Positions 18,657 through 29,158 of a stretch of 56,137 bases of DNA are shown piece by piece (positions within the stretch are counted from its first letter, which is position 1; each line of letters begins with the position of its first letter). A program made the position numbers and the translations under genes. Origin of the DNA: Candidatus Caldipriscus sp. GTDB taxonomy: Bacteria > Hydrothermota > Hydrothermia > LBFQ01. Below the pieces are notes generated by a model, which saw only the letters and a program-made list of their open reading frames with translations, was not told where the DNA came from and ran no database searches. The stretch is taken from assembly GCA_049414445.1 (NCBI GenBank), contig JBMSAP010000091.1:1-56137 (forward strand), written 5' to 3'.

Positions 18657-19156
18657 TTCTTGTTCCCCTTTGGCTTCACGACGAAATAAACGGATCTCTC
18701 CTCCACGTTTATCTTCCCCTCCAGAGTTGCAACATCTTCAAGGAGCTCCAAAACCCTCTTAGCCAGATCCTCCGCAAGGTGCGCGTACAGGGCCTGCCTT
18801 CCCTTCATCTTTATATCCACCCTCACCTTATCCCCATCCTCAAGGAATTCTTTTATCTTCTTTATCTTCACCATAAGGTCGTGCTCACCTATGTTTGGAG
18901 ACATCTCTATTTCCCTAGTCGTGGAGGTCTTTGATTTTTTCTTGTCCTTCTTCTTTTGCTGATATAAGAATTTACCGTAATCCATTATCTTTACCACGGG
19001 GGGATTTGCGTTGGGCGCAACCTCCACCAGATCAAGCCCATACTCGTTCGCCAAGCTCAAAGCCTCCTTAACGCTCATCACACCAAGATTATCACCGTTG
19101 GGTCCTATCACCTGGACCCTAGGCGCCTTTATTTGTTCATTTACCCTGTAGTTCAA
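18653..19156 (-). CDS. infC: Translation initiation factor IF-3
   Basis: NEQI...V.VI...G..LG, LDLVEVAPNANPPV.KIMDYGK, HDL..K, GDKV, GR; likely start TTG 19156 after GGAGGTG SD. Confidence 0.95.
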   Translation of the reverse strand: MNYRVNEQIKAPRVQVIGPNGDNLGVMSVKEALSLANEYGLDLVEVAPNANPPVVKIMDYGKFLYQQKKKDKKKSKTSTTREIEMSPNIGEHDLMVKIKKIKEFLEDGDKVRVDIKMKGRQALYAHLAEDLAKRVLELLEDVATLEGKINVEERSVYFVVKPKGNKK

Positions 19157-19160
19157 CCCT

Positions 19161-20414
19161 TCACCTCCTTTCTTTTTCAAAGTAATCCATAATACCCATG
19201 GCTATCGCCCTTGCGAGCTTCATCTGGTATTCCTCGCTCGCCAACATTTTTGCCTCCTCGGGATTAGACAAAAACCCGAGCTCTATTAAAACCGAGGGGG
19301 CACTAACCCACCTTAGAACATAAAAGTTCGCCTGCTTTAGCCCCCTATCTTCCGTAAGCTTAAGCTCAAGCGCCCTTTGGTGTATAAAACTCGCAAGCTT
19401 ATAGGACTGTTCTAAGAGAAAGGTCTGTATCATATCGCCCAATATCACACCCAATTCATCCTTGGGGTTAAAATTCCCAAGATCGTACCTTATTGCGGAG
19501 TTTTCCAAAAGTGCCACCGCCCTCTCCTCGGTTGTTCTGCTCTCAGAAAAGAAGTAAGTTTCAAAACCCCTTGCGGATCCCCCTCTATCAAAATTAGTGT
19601 GGATGCTTACGAAGATGCTGGCGGAATTTTTGTTCGCTATCCTAGCCCTGGTTGAAAGGGGCACATATTCGTCCCCCTCCCTCGTTAGGATCACGTTATA
19701 CCCCCGCTCCCTTAGGATTTTTGCCACCTTAAGGGCAACTTGCAAATTTATATCCTTCTCCTTATAACCGTTCGCCACAGCCCCCGGGTCCTTCCCCCCA
19801 TGCCCGGGATCTATAACTATTGTGGGAACCTTGCCCTTTTTCTTCGGAACCCTTAAAGGGAGGATCTTCAACGTTAGCTTACCTTTAATTTCCTCTTTTA
19901 AAATTTTACCCGCTCCGAAACCAAGATGCACCGAAAACCTCGTCTTATCGGAAGTGTGTAAAATATCAACGAAGCTTACAAACCTCCCATCCCCCGCAAC
20001 CTTCCTATACTTCCCGTAAAGCCCATCAACAACAATAACAACGCTATCCTCGTAAGTTTGAACTTCAAATCCACTTCCCCCCTCTATGCTTATAACGTAA
20101 TTCGTATCTTTCCTTCCCATAATAAAACGTTTTATCGTGGGTTTTCCCTTAAAGAGGATTTCCCTTTCGTAATCCCAAAATACCGTAAGCCCCAAGTTAA
20201 AGAGGACGGGCGCAAGCTCTTCCCCCTTAAATTTCACACCGTTTTTCTTGCTTAAAGTTAGGGGAAAGGGAACACCCTTCACAAAAGCCAAACCCGTATC
20301 GGTTACCACCGCGCTATCCTTCCCGTAAATCAACCTACTTTTCCTATATTTAACACCTAATCCCTTTAGATCCTCGATGCTAACCCAAGCGCCCGCCAGA
20401 AGCAGGGAAATCAT
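19161..20414 (-). CDS. N-acetylmuramoyl-L-alanine amidase (Amidase_3, AmiC-like)
   Basis: IDPGHGGKDPGA, EK..NL, TR..D..V.L..R...AN, FVSIH, F.VL, P.VLIELGFLSN. Confidence 0.93.
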   Translation of the reverse strand: MISLLLAGAWVSIEDLKGLGVKYRKSRLIYGKDSAVVTDTGLAFVKGVPFPLTLSKKNGVKFKGEELAPVLFNLGLTVFWDYEREILFKGKPTIKRFIMGRKDTNYVISIEGGSGFEVQTYEDSVVIVVDGLYGKYRKVAGDGRFVSFVDILHTSDKTRFSVHLGFGAGKILKEEIKGKLTLKILPLRVPKKKGKVPTIVIDPGHGGKDPGAVANGYKEKDINLQVALKVAKILRERGYNVILTREGDEYVPLSTRARIANKNSASIFVSIHTNFDRGGSARGFETYFFSESRTTEERAVALLENSAIRYDLGNFNPKDELGVILGDMIQTFLLEQSYKLASFIHQRALELKLTEDRGLKQANFYVLRWVSAPSVLIELGFLSNPEEAKMLASEEYQMKLARAIAMGIMDYFEKERR

Positions 20415-21298
20415 ACCTCGTAATGCACCCTCTTTTCTATAAATATCTTCTGTAAGGCGGTGAGTAGCCCAACCACAGCAAGGAGGGCTATAGCCACCGC
20501 GGAAGCATACCCAATGTTAAAGTCCTCTATGCCTTTTTGATAGAGGTAATATACGATGACGTTTGTGGTTCCTAGGGGGGAACCAGGCGGGGGACCCGTC
20601 ATTATCCAAACGGGTGCAAAGACCTGAAAGGATGAAATAAAGCTCGTAAGATATACGTAAAATAAGTATGGGGAAAGGAGGGGTAGGGTTATGTCCTTGA
20701 AAACCGTCAGGGGTTTTGCCCCGTCTATCTCAGCCGCCTCATATACCGACCTATCTATTGACTTCAAGCCCGCATAAAGGACTATCGTGTTATATCCGAA
20801 GCTCTTCCAAACCGACATTACTACGACGGAAAACAATGCCAAGGATGGACCGTGTCCGAAGAATATCCCCCTGTACTCCTGAAGCCATTTTAATCCCTCT
20901 AAACCGAACAAGCTCAAAAGGTAATTCAGGAAGCCGGCGGAAGGGTTATAGATCCACTTCCAAACCACCGAAGCGGGTATGAGGGAAATTACCACGGGCA
21001 TAAAAACCAAAAACTTTAGGAAACCCGAAACCCTTGAATTTGCCATTGCTAAAGCGGTGATGAGGGAAATTACTATACTTAATGTGATGCTAAGGAGGGA
21101 GTACCAAAAGGTGTTTATCAGCGCCTGATAGAAGAAGGGATCCTGAAGTAGGGTTATGTAGTTTTTCAGTCCCACCCACTTCTCAAACCCAACCAAACCC
21201 CATTTCTGAAAGGAATTAACGAAAACCATCAAAGTGGGTATGAGCTTAAAGGTAAAAATTATCAAAAGGGCGGGTAGAAGGAACAAAATGGCTACCAT
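20411..21298 (-). CDS. Carbohydrate ABC transporter permease (UgpA/MalF-like)
   Basis: VGL.NY, NT..Y, G..N..L, W...GYN...L.AGL..I...[16 protein letters not shown]. Confidence 0.9.
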   Translation of the reverse strand: MVAILFLLPALLIIFTFKLIPTLMVFVNSFQKWGLVGFEKWVGLKNYITLLQDPFFYQALINTFWYSLLSITLSIVISLITALAMANSRVSGFLKFLVFMPVVISLIPASVVWKWIYNPSAGFLNYLLSLFGLEGLKWLQEYRGIFFGHGPSLALFSVVVMSVWKSFGYNTIVLYAGLKSIDRSVYEAAEIDGAKPLTVFKDITLPLLSPYLFYVYLTSFISSFQVFAPVWIMTGPPPGSPLGTTNVIVYYLYQKGIEDFNIGYASAVAIALLAVVGLLTALQKIFIEKRVHYEV

Positions 21299-22134
21299 AT
21301 TCTTAACCTCTCGTACTTAGCCCTAAGGTATATTGCTATGAAGTTTAGGGAGAAAACCAAGATTAGAAGGACTATTATACCAGCCGCGGCGTTTGAGGCA
21401 AACTCCTTTTGGGGCCTTGATATCCAGTTGAAGATCTGGATAGGCAAAACGGTGAAGGGATCAAGGATGCTTTCTGGCAGGAATGCTATAAAGGTTAGGG
21501 CGCCTATGGTTATTAAGGGAGCACTTTCCCCCAGAGCCCTTGATATTGCTAGAATAAAGCCCGTGAGGATCCCAGGCATAGCCGCGGGTAGAACCTGATA
21601 AAACACCGTTTGCCACTTACTCGCACCCAAGGCATAAGAAGCCTCCCTTATGCTTTCTGGAACCGCCCTTATCGCTTCCCTCGTGGATATAACTATTATA
21701 GGAAGGACGAGGAGGGATAAGGTTAGGGCGCCCGCTATTATGCTCCTTCCCAAACCCATAAACCTTACGAAAACCTCAAGGCCCAAGAGACCATAAATTA
21801 TCGATGGAACCCCCGCGAGGTTTGATATGTTTATATCAAGGATCTCGGTAAAAATGTTCCTCTTTGCGTACTCCTCCATATATACCCCCGTCAGAACACC
21901 TAAGGGGAAGGAGATTAGGGCGGTTAGGGAACCCACCCATAGGGAACCTACCAATGCGGGCAATATCCCAGAATTTTCCGCTATCCTTGAAGGGTAAGAG
22001 GTCAAAAACCTTATATTCAACCTCGGGAGGGCATCAAGAAAAACGTCTATAACCAAAACCGCCAAAACACCCAAAGCCGTATAAGCAAAAATTACCCCCA
22101 GCCACATTAGAAGTTTATCCTCGAGCTTCCTCAA
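21292..22134 (-). CDS. pstA: Phosphate ABC transporter permease PstA
   Basis: [31 protein letters not shown]...[20 protein letters not shown]. Confidence 0.93.
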   Translation of the reverse strand: MRKLEDKLLMWLGVIFAYTALGVLAVLVIDVFLDALPRLNIRFLTSYPSRIAENSGILPALVGSLWVGSLTALISFPLGVLTGVYMEEYAKRNIFTEILDINISNLAGVPSIIYGLLGLEVFVRFMGLGRSIIAGALTLSLLVLPIIVISTREAIRAVPESIREASYALGASKWQTVFYQVLPAAMPGILTGFILAISRALGESAPLITIGALTFIAFLPESILDPFTVLPIQIFNWISRPQKEFASNAAAGIIVLLILVFSLNFIAIYLRAKYERLRIW

Positions 22135-22141
22135 GGAAGGT

Positions 22142-22169
22142 ATTATAAAGTCGTTTTCATCCGTAGAAT
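22142..22169. promoter_or_regulatory. Back-to-back -10 boxes for pstA (-) and GT2 (+)
   Basis: TATAAT (minus, 22142-22147) 7 nt before TTG 22134; TAGAAT (22164-22169) 9 nt before ATG 22179. Confidence 0.65.
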
Positions 22170-22178
22170 TGTCATTTA

Positions 22179-23648
22179 ATGGAAGTTTTGCTCTTTGTCT
22201 ATTTTGCCCTGCTTCTATTTTTTACCCTTGTAAGCTTTAGGTACTTGTACCTGATCGTGGGTTTTTTTAACAACAGGAAGTTTTGGTCCCTTAAAACCCC
22301 ACCCTTGAGGAGGTACCCGAAGGTTTGCGTTCAGCTTCCCGTTTACAATGAACCCTTTGTGGTTGAAAGGGCAATAAGATCCTCCGCAAAATTAATCTGG
22401 CCCAAGGATAAGCTTGAAATCCAGGTTCTTGACGATTCAAACGACGAAACATTCGCGATAGCAAGTGCGGTTATAAGCGAGCTTTCCAAGGAAGGTATAA
22501 ATATAAGGCACATAAGGAGGGGGAACAGGGAGGGCTTTAAGGCGGGGGCGCTAAGGTATGGTATGGAGCTTACGGATGCGGAATACTTTGCCATATTTGA
22601 TGCGGACTTTATTCCCCCCGAGGATTTCCTGTTAAGGACCATACCGTTTTTGGAAAGGGATCCGAAATTAGGAGGAGTTCAAACGAGGTGGGATTTTATA
22701 AACGGGGATGATAATTTGTTCACCAAGGCACAAAGGTTTATGCTGAATTTACATTTTGTTTTGGAGCAGTTCGTAAGGAGCAGGGAAAACCTTTGGTTAA
22801 ACTTCAACGGCACCGCTGGGGTTTTGAAGAGGTCGGCGGTAGAATGGGTTGGTGGATGGGAAGCCGATACATTAACCGAGGACACGGATCTCTCTTTCAG
22901 GCTTTACAAAAAGGGTTATAAGATCCTTTACCTTCCCGATATAACTTGCAAATCCGAGCTTCCCGATTCCCCGGTTGCCTTTAAGGCCCAGCAGAGGAGG
23001 TGGGCAAAGGGAGGGGCGCAGGTTTTCAGGAAGTATTGGAGGGAACTTTTAAATTCTAACATGCCAATTTCTTGGAAGCTGGAATTTTTGTTTCAAAGTG
23101 CGGGGAACCTTGGGTACCCGTTGGGTATTCTCCTTATGAGCCTATTACCCTTCGTCCTTTACGCGAAGTTTAAGGGTTATTATCCCGAGCTCTTCCTCCT
23201 TATGGGGATCCTCGCCATCTTTGATATTTTTGTGGTTTGGCTTGCCTTTGCTATAGCAAACTTTTATTACAGGAAGGATATCTCCGAGATCGCATTCTTG
23301 CCCTTGGGTATGGCTTTGGTGGGCGCCTTAACGATAAACAATACCATATCGTTCTTTGAGGGTTTAAGGGGGGAGAAGGGAACGTTTGAGAGGACACCAA
23401 AGGCGGGGGACAAGGGCGTTATTATAAATGACGTGGGGAAGAAACTTGAAATTTCAAAGCTTGAGATTTTATGGGGTCTATATTTGGTATTCGTTTCAAT
23501 TTTGAGCGTATTTTTAAACCAGCTTATTTTGGGTTTTGTCCTTGGGGTTTCGGGATTTGGGCTCCTTTGGCTCGGAAGCTCCAGCTATTTGCAGATCCTC
23601 GGGTACGAAGCCTTTGATCTCGTCCTTGACGAGGAGACCGAAGCTTGA
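22179..23648 (+). CDS. Processive family 2 glycosyltransferase (cellulose-synthase-like)
   Basis: [43 protein letters not shown]; C-terminal TMs. Confidence 0.9.
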   Translation: MEVLLFVYFALLLFFTLVSFRYLYLIVGFFNNRKFWSLKTPPLRRYPKVCVQLPVYNEPFVVERAIRSSAKLIWPKDKLEIQVLDDSNDETFAIASAVISELSKEGINIRHIRRGNREGFKAGALRYGMELTDAEYFAIFDADFIPPEDFLLRTIPFLERDPKLGGVQTRWDFINGDDNLFTKAQRFMLNLHFVLEQFVRSRENLWLNFNGTAGVLKRSAVEWVGGWEADTLTEDTDLSFRLYKKGYKILYLPDITCKSELPDSPVAFKAQQRRWAKGGAQVFRKYWRELLNSNMPISWKLEFLFQSAGNLGYPLGILLMSLLPFVLYAKFKGYYPELFLLMGILAIFDIFVVWLAFAIANFYYRKDISEIAFLPLGMALVGALTINNTISFFEGLRGEKGTFERTPKAGDKGVIINDVGKKLEISKLEILWGLYLVFVSILSVFLNQLILGFVLGVSGFGLLWLGSSSYLQILGYEAFDLVLDEETEA

Positions 23649-24833
23649 CATAACAAACCATTGGAAGTTTGGGTATAAAAAGGACCCAGTCGTCAAACCC
23701 CCAACGAAGGAGAAAACAGCGGAAGAAATGAAAACCCACTTTTTCTCACTTTTTGATCTGAAGATCAGAAATATTACCATCAGCGTCCAAACGGAAAACA
23801 GTAAGGCTCCCAATATCCCGTAATCAAACAGGAAGACGAGGAAGAGGTTATGCAAAAAGATCCCCATGGGCTTTCCGATTATACTTACACCAAAGAACAT
23901 TTCAATGGGATTAAGGGATAAAAACCTTTGAAGTCCCAAGAGCCATATTTGCACCCTCCCGTTGAAGGATTCCGGATCCGTACCCAACCCCCTTTCGGAG
24001 AACCTTAATGTTATCTCATCAAGGTTATAGAGGGCATAAATAACCGCGAATAGCAATGCTAGCTTTGAGAATTTGCCACCCATTAGGGCGGTTAATAGTA
24101 TGGTTAAGAAGGCGCTCGTCCAAAGGGCGCGGGTGTAAGTTTTGTAAAGGAGATAGCTTGAAAGGAGGAAGAGGATAAGTTCAAGAATGGATAGCCTTTT
24201 GTTTAGTCTGTAAAGGAGGAAGGACCACATTGGAACGAGCTCAAAACCGAAGGCGGTGGCATCATAATAAACCGCCCTAAGCCTTCTCAGCTCCTCCTCG
24301 TGGAAGGCGTTGGGTATAAAACCCATGAGGGAAAGGAAACCCATAACGGTAGGGAAGATTCCCGAGAGGATGAAGGCGATCTCAAGGGCCCTCTCCTCGT
24401 CCTTTCCCGTTTCCCTTGCTAACCAATAAAAACCCCAACCAGAGAGGAGCCTAAAGGTGGATTCAAGGGTGGGAATGCCTGGAGCAAAGAGGAGGGGGGC
24501 GGGTAAAAGGAGGAGGAAGAGGAAATTTATATAATCAAACGGGGTTAAAGGTTGGGTGATCCTCCTTTTTACGAACATGTAAGAGAACCAAACCAAAACC
24601 GCATAAGCGGAAACCATCTGCGTGATCTTGAGGGGGCCTATTTGAAAGTCGTAGAAGGCATCTATGACGGGTTTGAAAATGTTTAAAATTATGTAAGCAT
24701 AAAAGGGATAAATGAAGGTGAGTATGGCTATCAGGGAAAATAGAAGAAGGGCAAAGCTTCTTAGAAAGCCAATATTTACCAAGAGAAGGGTAAAAAGGGC
24801 CGCCAAAGCAGAGGGTAATATTACCCAGATCAA
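23514..24833 (-). CDS. O-antigen ligase/Wzy-like polytopic membrane protein
   Basis: About 12 hydrophobic segments; TYTRA.W, SFNGR..IW, HN.FL..L.DYG..G. Confidence 0.78.
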   Translation of the reverse strand: MIWVILPSALAALFTLLLVNIGFLRSFALLLFSLIAILTFIYPFYAYIILNIFKPVIDAFYDFQIGPLKITQMVSAYAVLVWFSYMFVKRRITQPLTPFDYINFLFLLLLPAPLLFAPGIPTLESTFRLLSGWGFYWLARETGKDEERALEIAFILSGIFPTVMGFLSLMGFIPNAFHEEELRRLRAVYYDATAFGFELVPMWSFLLYRLNKRLSILELILFLLSSYLLYKTYTRALWTSAFLTILLTALMGGKFSKLALLFAVIYALYNLDEITLRFSERGLGTDPESFNGRVQIWLLGLQRFLSLNPIEMFFGVSIIGKPMGIFLHNLFLVFLFDYGILGALLFSVWTLMVIFLIFRSKSEKKWVFISSAVFSFVGGLTTGSFLYPNFQWFVMSSFGLLVKDEIKGFVPEDLQIAGASEPKEPKSRNPKDKTQNKLV

Positions 24834-25750
24834 GATACCTTTCTGATCCCCTTATCGGATATTATAAAATCCACAAGATCGGGAGGGGTTATATCAAAGG
24901 CGAAATAAAGATAATCCTCCCTTGGGATGTCCTGTCTTTTCTCAATTTCAATTTTGTCGGAGTATGGGTTTTCGTCAAAGGTGGTTGAGGGGGCCGCGAC
25001 GACAAAGGGCACCTTGTAATATCTACACGCGAGGGCTATTGATAATGTCCCTATTTTGTTGAATACGAAGAGGTCCTTAGTTATTCTATCCGCCCCCACT
25101 ATGGCAATATCCACCATCCCCCTCGATATTAAGAATGGGATGTGGTTGTCGGGAACGACCTTGTAAGGGATCCCCTCAAGCCTTAGCTCGTAGGCGGTTA
25201 GCCTCGCACCTTGAAGGTAAGGGGAGGTTTCCCCAACATAAACCTCCTCAATCAAGCCGTTTCTGTGGGCGAGCTTTATTATCCCCAAGGCGGTTCCAAG
25301 CCCCACCGTCGCCAATGATCCAGTATTGCAATAAGTCAAAACCCTCTTTTTCCTATCAAAAAGTAGCAAACCGTACTTAGCTATTTTCTCGTTTATTTCC
25401 CTCTCCCTATTCTCAACTGCCCTCGCGAAGTTATACAGATCTTCCGGCTTTCCCCCATTTTCTATTATTGGCCTTACCTCATCCAAGATCTTATGCAAAT
25501 TTACCCCCGTTGGGCGAGAATTCCTCAAAGCCTCCCATGCTCGCATCAAACTCTCCGGTTCCCTTAAGGAATGTATATATAGGCAGTATGCGGAGAAGAC
25601 CGCAATTATTGGGGCACCCCTTATCGCCATCTCTTTTATTACCCTTGCCCCCTCAAATCCGTTATGAACCCTTATCCAAACCTCCCTTTCCGGCAAAAAC
25701 CTCTGATCAAGGATCTCAAGGTGATCACCAACAAGTTTAAAGGGTTCCAC
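24830..25750 (-). CDS. mtnA: S-methyl-5-thioribose-1-phosphate isomerase
   Basis: LDQR.LP, M.IRGAP.I, RPT.VNL, LT.CNTGSLAT..GTALG, ET.P..QGARLTA.EL, VGADRI, NKIGT, FD.TP. Confidence 0.93.
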   Translation of the reverse strand: MEPFKLVGDHLEILDQRFLPEREVWIRVHNGFEGARVIKEMAIRGAPIIAVFSAYCLYIHSLREPESLMRAWEALRNSRPTGVNLHKILDEVRPIIENGGKPEDLYNFARAVENREREINEKIAKYGLLLFDRKKRVLTYCNTGSLATVGLGTALGIIKLAHRNGLIEEVYVGETSPYLQGARLTAYELRLEGIPYKVVPDNHIPFLISRGMVDIAIVGADRITKDLFVFNKIGTLSIALACRYYKVPFVVAAPSTTFDENPYSDKIEIEKRQDIPREDYLYFAFDITPPDLVDFIISDKGIRKVS

Positions 25751-26094
25751 TAAAATTCCACTTCGCTCAAATAAACCTTACCTTCCGATTCCACCAAAAT
25801 AACCGTCGGAAACGGCCCTATACCCCTTGTCGGAATATGCTCGGGGTCCTCCACTTTATTCAGGTTTATCTCTATCCTATGCTTGCCGGGGTTGTACTTT
25901 AATACTTTCTGCCAATATTCACCATCCTTCCAGAACCTCAAAGTCACCCTTATTTCCTTATCAGACTTGGCATAGAAACTGAAGGACCTGTACTCCGCGG
26001 GTAAAGTTTTATAAGCCTCCCCATCCGCAACAAAATACTTACCCTTTAAGCTTAAGGGTCCATTTGCGGAGATCCACGCCAAAACGAACATCAT
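25750..26094 (-). CDS. Hypothetical protein, probably exported beta-rich domain
   Basis: 114-aa ORF filling an operon gap; GGAGGTGAGG SD; short hydrophobic N-terminus. Confidence 0.65.
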   Translation of the reverse strand: MMFVLAWISANGPLSLKGKYFVADGEAYKTLPAEYRSFSFYAKSDKEIRVTLRFWKDGEYWQKVLKYNPGKHRIEINLNKVEDPEHIPTRGIGPFPTVILVESEGKVYLSEVEF

Positions 26095-26097
26095 ACC

Positions 26098-27420
26098 TCA
26101 CCTCCTTATCACTTTATAAGTTTTATTACCCTCCTTGACGATGTAAATCCCCTTGGGTAATTTTTCGATATCCTCCCCCACAAATTTCCCATCTACCGAG
26201 TATATTTTTTTACCCTTTCCCTCAAAATCCAATTTTTCCGCAAAATTTGTTGATGGTAGGGGAGCGTAGGCAAACCAAATGTGCCAATAGTTCCTTCCCC
26301 CGACTACGATCCTGTTATCCGACCAAGCGACGTATACGAAATTGCTGTCCGCCCAGGCATCTATATAGTGTCCTGGCCAGCAATCGTTCGTGTAATCCAC
26401 CCCTCCTACACCACCGCAACCGCTCCTTTCAACAAAGGGAAAATATGTATCAGAAACCCTTATGGAGGGGGACCACGTTATTCCACCGTCGCTGGAGTAG
26501 GAATAATAAAGTCCCCAGAGTCCGTATCCCGCCCTATTGTCGTACCAGAAGGCATGTAAGCCACCATAAGGATCCGCAGCCAAAGCTGGCATATATTCCG
26601 CTACGGATGATGGGTTTGAGGTGATCCTTATTGGGGAAGACCAGGTTGCCCCTCCATTTGTGGATCTAACGAAGGAAACCTTTAAGTCGCTCAATGATCC
26701 GGACATATATATTATCCCGATGTTGCCCTTTCCCCATGCGACTGGTTGATAACCCACGGGATACGGGTTTGGCGCGATATCCCGCGTCATACAGGCCGCG
26801 TTGGTGGGGGAGGACCAAACCGCCCCATTCGTGCTCCTTGAAACGTAAAGGTATATGCAGGAGCCCGAGGACCTCCACCATATCGCGTAAAACAGGGAAT
26901 CGTCAGCCGTTGCCATTGGGACCCCACCCGTGGAATAGACCGCGGTCCTGTTCCAGGTTGTCCCGTTGTCGTAAGAGTAAGCGGAGTATATTCTTGATGA
27001 TGTGCAGAAATTGGCATATATTATCACCAAAGTATCCCTTCTCAAGGCTATCCAAGGGTGATCCGTTGATGAACAGTTTCCCACGTTTATAACCGGACCC
27101 CAAGTTGTACCGCCATCCGTTGAGCGCATATAGTAGGTATGGTAAAGTCCAAGCCAAACGAGGTGTATATTGTTTCCATTTATCCTAACTACGGGATCAC
27201 AGCATGCGGAGCCCGGATCTCCAAAATGCGCCTCCCAAGTTCGGCCTCCGTCGTGCGTTAGGGAGAAGGCATTCTCTCCCGTGACGTCAAGATCTATCCA
27301 ACCTGTTACCCCTAAGTTGAAAATCACAGCGGTGGATACCTCCGCATGGCTCGTGTTATCAGGGTAATCATCCACCCTTACATTCGTAAACGGATAATCC
27401 GTTAAAAATGCCCAAAGCAT
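26098..27420 (-). CDS. Secreted Asp-box (BNR)/sialidase-fold beta-propeller protein with short T9SS-like C-terminal domain
   Basis: Repeats THDGGRTW, STDGGTTW, SYDNGTTW, STNGAVW, STNGGATW, SSDGGITW; tail IYSVDGK...LPKGIYIVK...KVI. Confidence 0.82.
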   Translation of the reverse strand: MLWAFLTDYPFTNVRVDDYPDNTSHAEVSTAVIFNLGVTGWIDLDVTGENAFSLTHDGGRTWEAHFGDPGSACCDPVVRINGNNIHLVWLGLYHTYYMRSTDGGTTWGPVINVGNCSSTDHPWIALRRDTLVIIYANFCTSSRIYSAYSYDNGTTWNRTAVYSTGGVPMATADDSLFYAIWWRSSGSCIYLYVSRSTNGAVWSSPTNAACMTRDIAPNPYPVGYQPVAWGKGNIGIIYMSGSLSDLKVSFVRSTNGGATWSSPIRITSNPSSVAEYMPALAADPYGGLHAFWYDNRAGYGLWGLYYSYSSDGGITWSPSIRVSDTYFPFVERSGCGGVGGVDYTNDCWPGHYIDAWADSNFVYVAWSDNRIVVGGRNYWHIWFAYAPLPSTNFAEKLDFEGKGKKIYSVDGKFVGEDIEKLPKGIYIVKEGNKTYKVIRR

Positions 27421-27426
27421 TTAAGT

Positions 27427-27452
27427 ATTATATAGATGATCACCCGTATAAT
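27427..27452. promoter_or_regulatory. Back-to-back -10 boxes for the BNR protein (-) and M23 peptidase (+)
   Basis: Perfect TATAAT on each strand (27427-27432 minus; 27447-27452 plus), each 6 nt before its start codon. Confidence 0.72.
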
Positions 27453-27458
27453 CCCCCC

Positions 27459-28544
27459 TTGAGGTGGGTATTTTTAATTGTAATCTTTTTGTCGTGTGCG
27501 AATAGGCAAGAGGTCGTAGAATTCAACGATTATGAACCCAAGATCAGCACGGAAGAAATAGTTGTAAAGAGGGGGGAAGTTTTTGGAAAGTTGGTGGAGA
27601 ATTTGAACTTTATCCCAGATAAAGCCTCCCTCATATCATGGTTCTCCGATTCCGTTAAGATCCTGAACGAGGGGGACACGTTGAGGTTCGTCTTTATAAA
27701 CGATACCCTAAGGAGGCTTGAGATAAGGAAAATAAAGGGAATATACGAGTACGATTTTATTTCGGGAAATTCAAAGTTTAGCCCAAGGTTCAGGGAGTAC
27801 ATAACAAAATCCGCCACTTTGGTGATTGAGAATACCCTTTGGGATGCCTTTATTAAGGAAAACTTGCCCCTTGAGGTATTTGTTCGGGTGGTAGATATAT
27901 TCGCGTGGGATATAGATTTCTCCTCCGAAACACAAAAGGGGGATACCCTGAAAATATTATATTCTCCATCCGGGATAGTTTATTACGCGGAGTATGTAGG
28001 GAAGGTTGTGGGAAGAAAGACGGCGGTTAGGTTTATGGGGGAGTACTACGATGAAAATGGGAAGAATTTGAGGAAAGAATTCCTAAGATCGCCATTAAAG
28101 ATTTACACGATAACCTCGGGTTTTGGGGTAAGGTTCCATCCGATATTGAAGGTTTATAGGCCGCATCATGGGGTTGATTATGGGGCCCCTTATGGTTCTC
28201 CAGTTTATGCGGTTGCGGAGGGGGTGGTGAAGAAGGCGGGATGGATGGGTGGATATGGAAAGACGGTAATAATAAGGCATTCAAACGGTTTTGAGACCCT
28301 TTATGGACACCTTTCCAGCATCCTTGTGAAGGTGGGTGAAAGGGTGGAACAGGGTAGAATGATTGGAAGGGTGGGATCAACGGGGCTCTCAACAGGACCC
28401 CATCTTCATTTTGAAGTAAGAAAAAATGGAAAGCTCGTAAATCCCCTAAAACTCAAGTTTGAACCCTCAAAACCCTTACCCGAAGATCTAAAGGAGGAAT
28501 TCGCATACATTCTGGAAACATACAAAAATTATGTATCAAGATAG
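27459..28544 (+). CDS. M23 family metallopeptidase lipoprotein
   Basis: ITSGFG.R.HP, HHGVDYGAP.G, GYG..V.I.H, YGHLS, G.TG.STGPHLHFEV; likely start TTG 27459 giving MRWVFLIVIFLSC lipobox. Confidence 0.9.
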   Translation: MRWVFLIVIFLSCANRQEVVEFNDYEPKISTEEIVVKRGEVFGKLVENLNFIPDKASLISWFSDSVKILNEGDTLRFVFINDTLRRLEIRKIKGIYEYDFISGNSKFSPRFREYITKSATLVIENTLWDAFIKENLPLEVFVRVVDIFAWDIDFSSETQKGDTLKILYSPSGIVYYAEYVGKVVGRKTAVRFMGEYYDENGKNLRKEFLRSPLKIYTITSGFGVRFHPILKVYRPHHGVDYGAPYGSPVYAVAEGVVKKAGWMGGYGKTVIIRHSNGFETLYGHLSSILVKVGERVEQGRMIGRVGSTGLSTGPHLHFEVRKNGKLVNPLKLKFEPSKPLPEDLKEEFAYILETYKNYVSR

Positions 28545-29115
28545 GCATAGGCTCGTCCTAAAACCCATTGCAGAATTTCTGGCAAAAATGGGCATCCATC
28601 CGAACTTTATAACCCTGTTTTCCTTCCTCATCACCTCCTCCGGCGTAATTTGGATCCTTTTAAAGAAGCCTTTAATAGCCTTTCTATGGTTCCTTTTAAG
28701 CGCCCCTTTGGATGCGTTGGATGGGTATATCGCCAGGATCTCCGGGAAGGTTTCAAGGTTCGGTGCCTTTTTAGATTCCACCCTTGACAGGATAACGGAT
28801 TCCCTGTTGTTTTTATCTTTAATATTCGTTTTTGGGGAAGATCCATTCTCCTTTTTCTTTCTATCTTTGTCCCTCGTTTCCGCATACCTTATAAGCTACA
28901 TGAGGGCGAGGGTTGAGGGGCTTGGGGAAAATCTCATGGAAGGGCTTATGAGTAGGTATCCAAGGTTCGTCGGATTTTTGGTCTTGCTTCTTGTTTGGGG
29001 GATTTTTGGTGAGATTTGGTTTAAGTTCTTTCTACCCCTATATTCCGTTTTGCTCGTAATAACGGTTTTTCAGAGGCTTGTGTTGGCTTACAGGAAGTTG
29101 AAGGACCACCTTTAA
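28531..29115 (+). CDS. CDP-alcohol phosphatidyltransferase (PIP-synthase-like)
   Basis: PN.IT, DALDGYIAR..G..S.FGAFLDSTLDR..D, SY.RAR.EGLG. Confidence 0.88.
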   Translation: MYQDRHRLVLKPIAEFLAKMGIHPNFITLFSFLITSSGVIWILLKKPLIAFLWFLLSAPLDALDGYIARISGKVSRFGAFLDSTLDRITDSLLFLSLIFVFGEDPFSFFFLSLSLVSAYLISYMRARVEGLGENLMEGLMSRYPRFVGFLVLLLVWGIFGEIWFKFFLPLYSVLLVITVFQRLVLAYRKLKDHL

Positions 29116-29145
29116 ATTTTAGGATTAAGGTCTTAATTTCCCCCT

Positions 29146-29151
29146 TAAAAT
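29146..29151 (+). promoter_or_regulatory. -10 box upstream of the 29159 gene
   Basis: CCCCT-TAAAAT, 7 nt before ATG. Confidence 0.65.
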
Positions 29152-29158
29152 ACTTCCT

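Noticed and set aside
26098-27420. Periodic repeats in this gene and in 53939-55342 as CRISPR or DNA repeats
   Set aside because: They are protein-level Asp-box repeats with divergent codons
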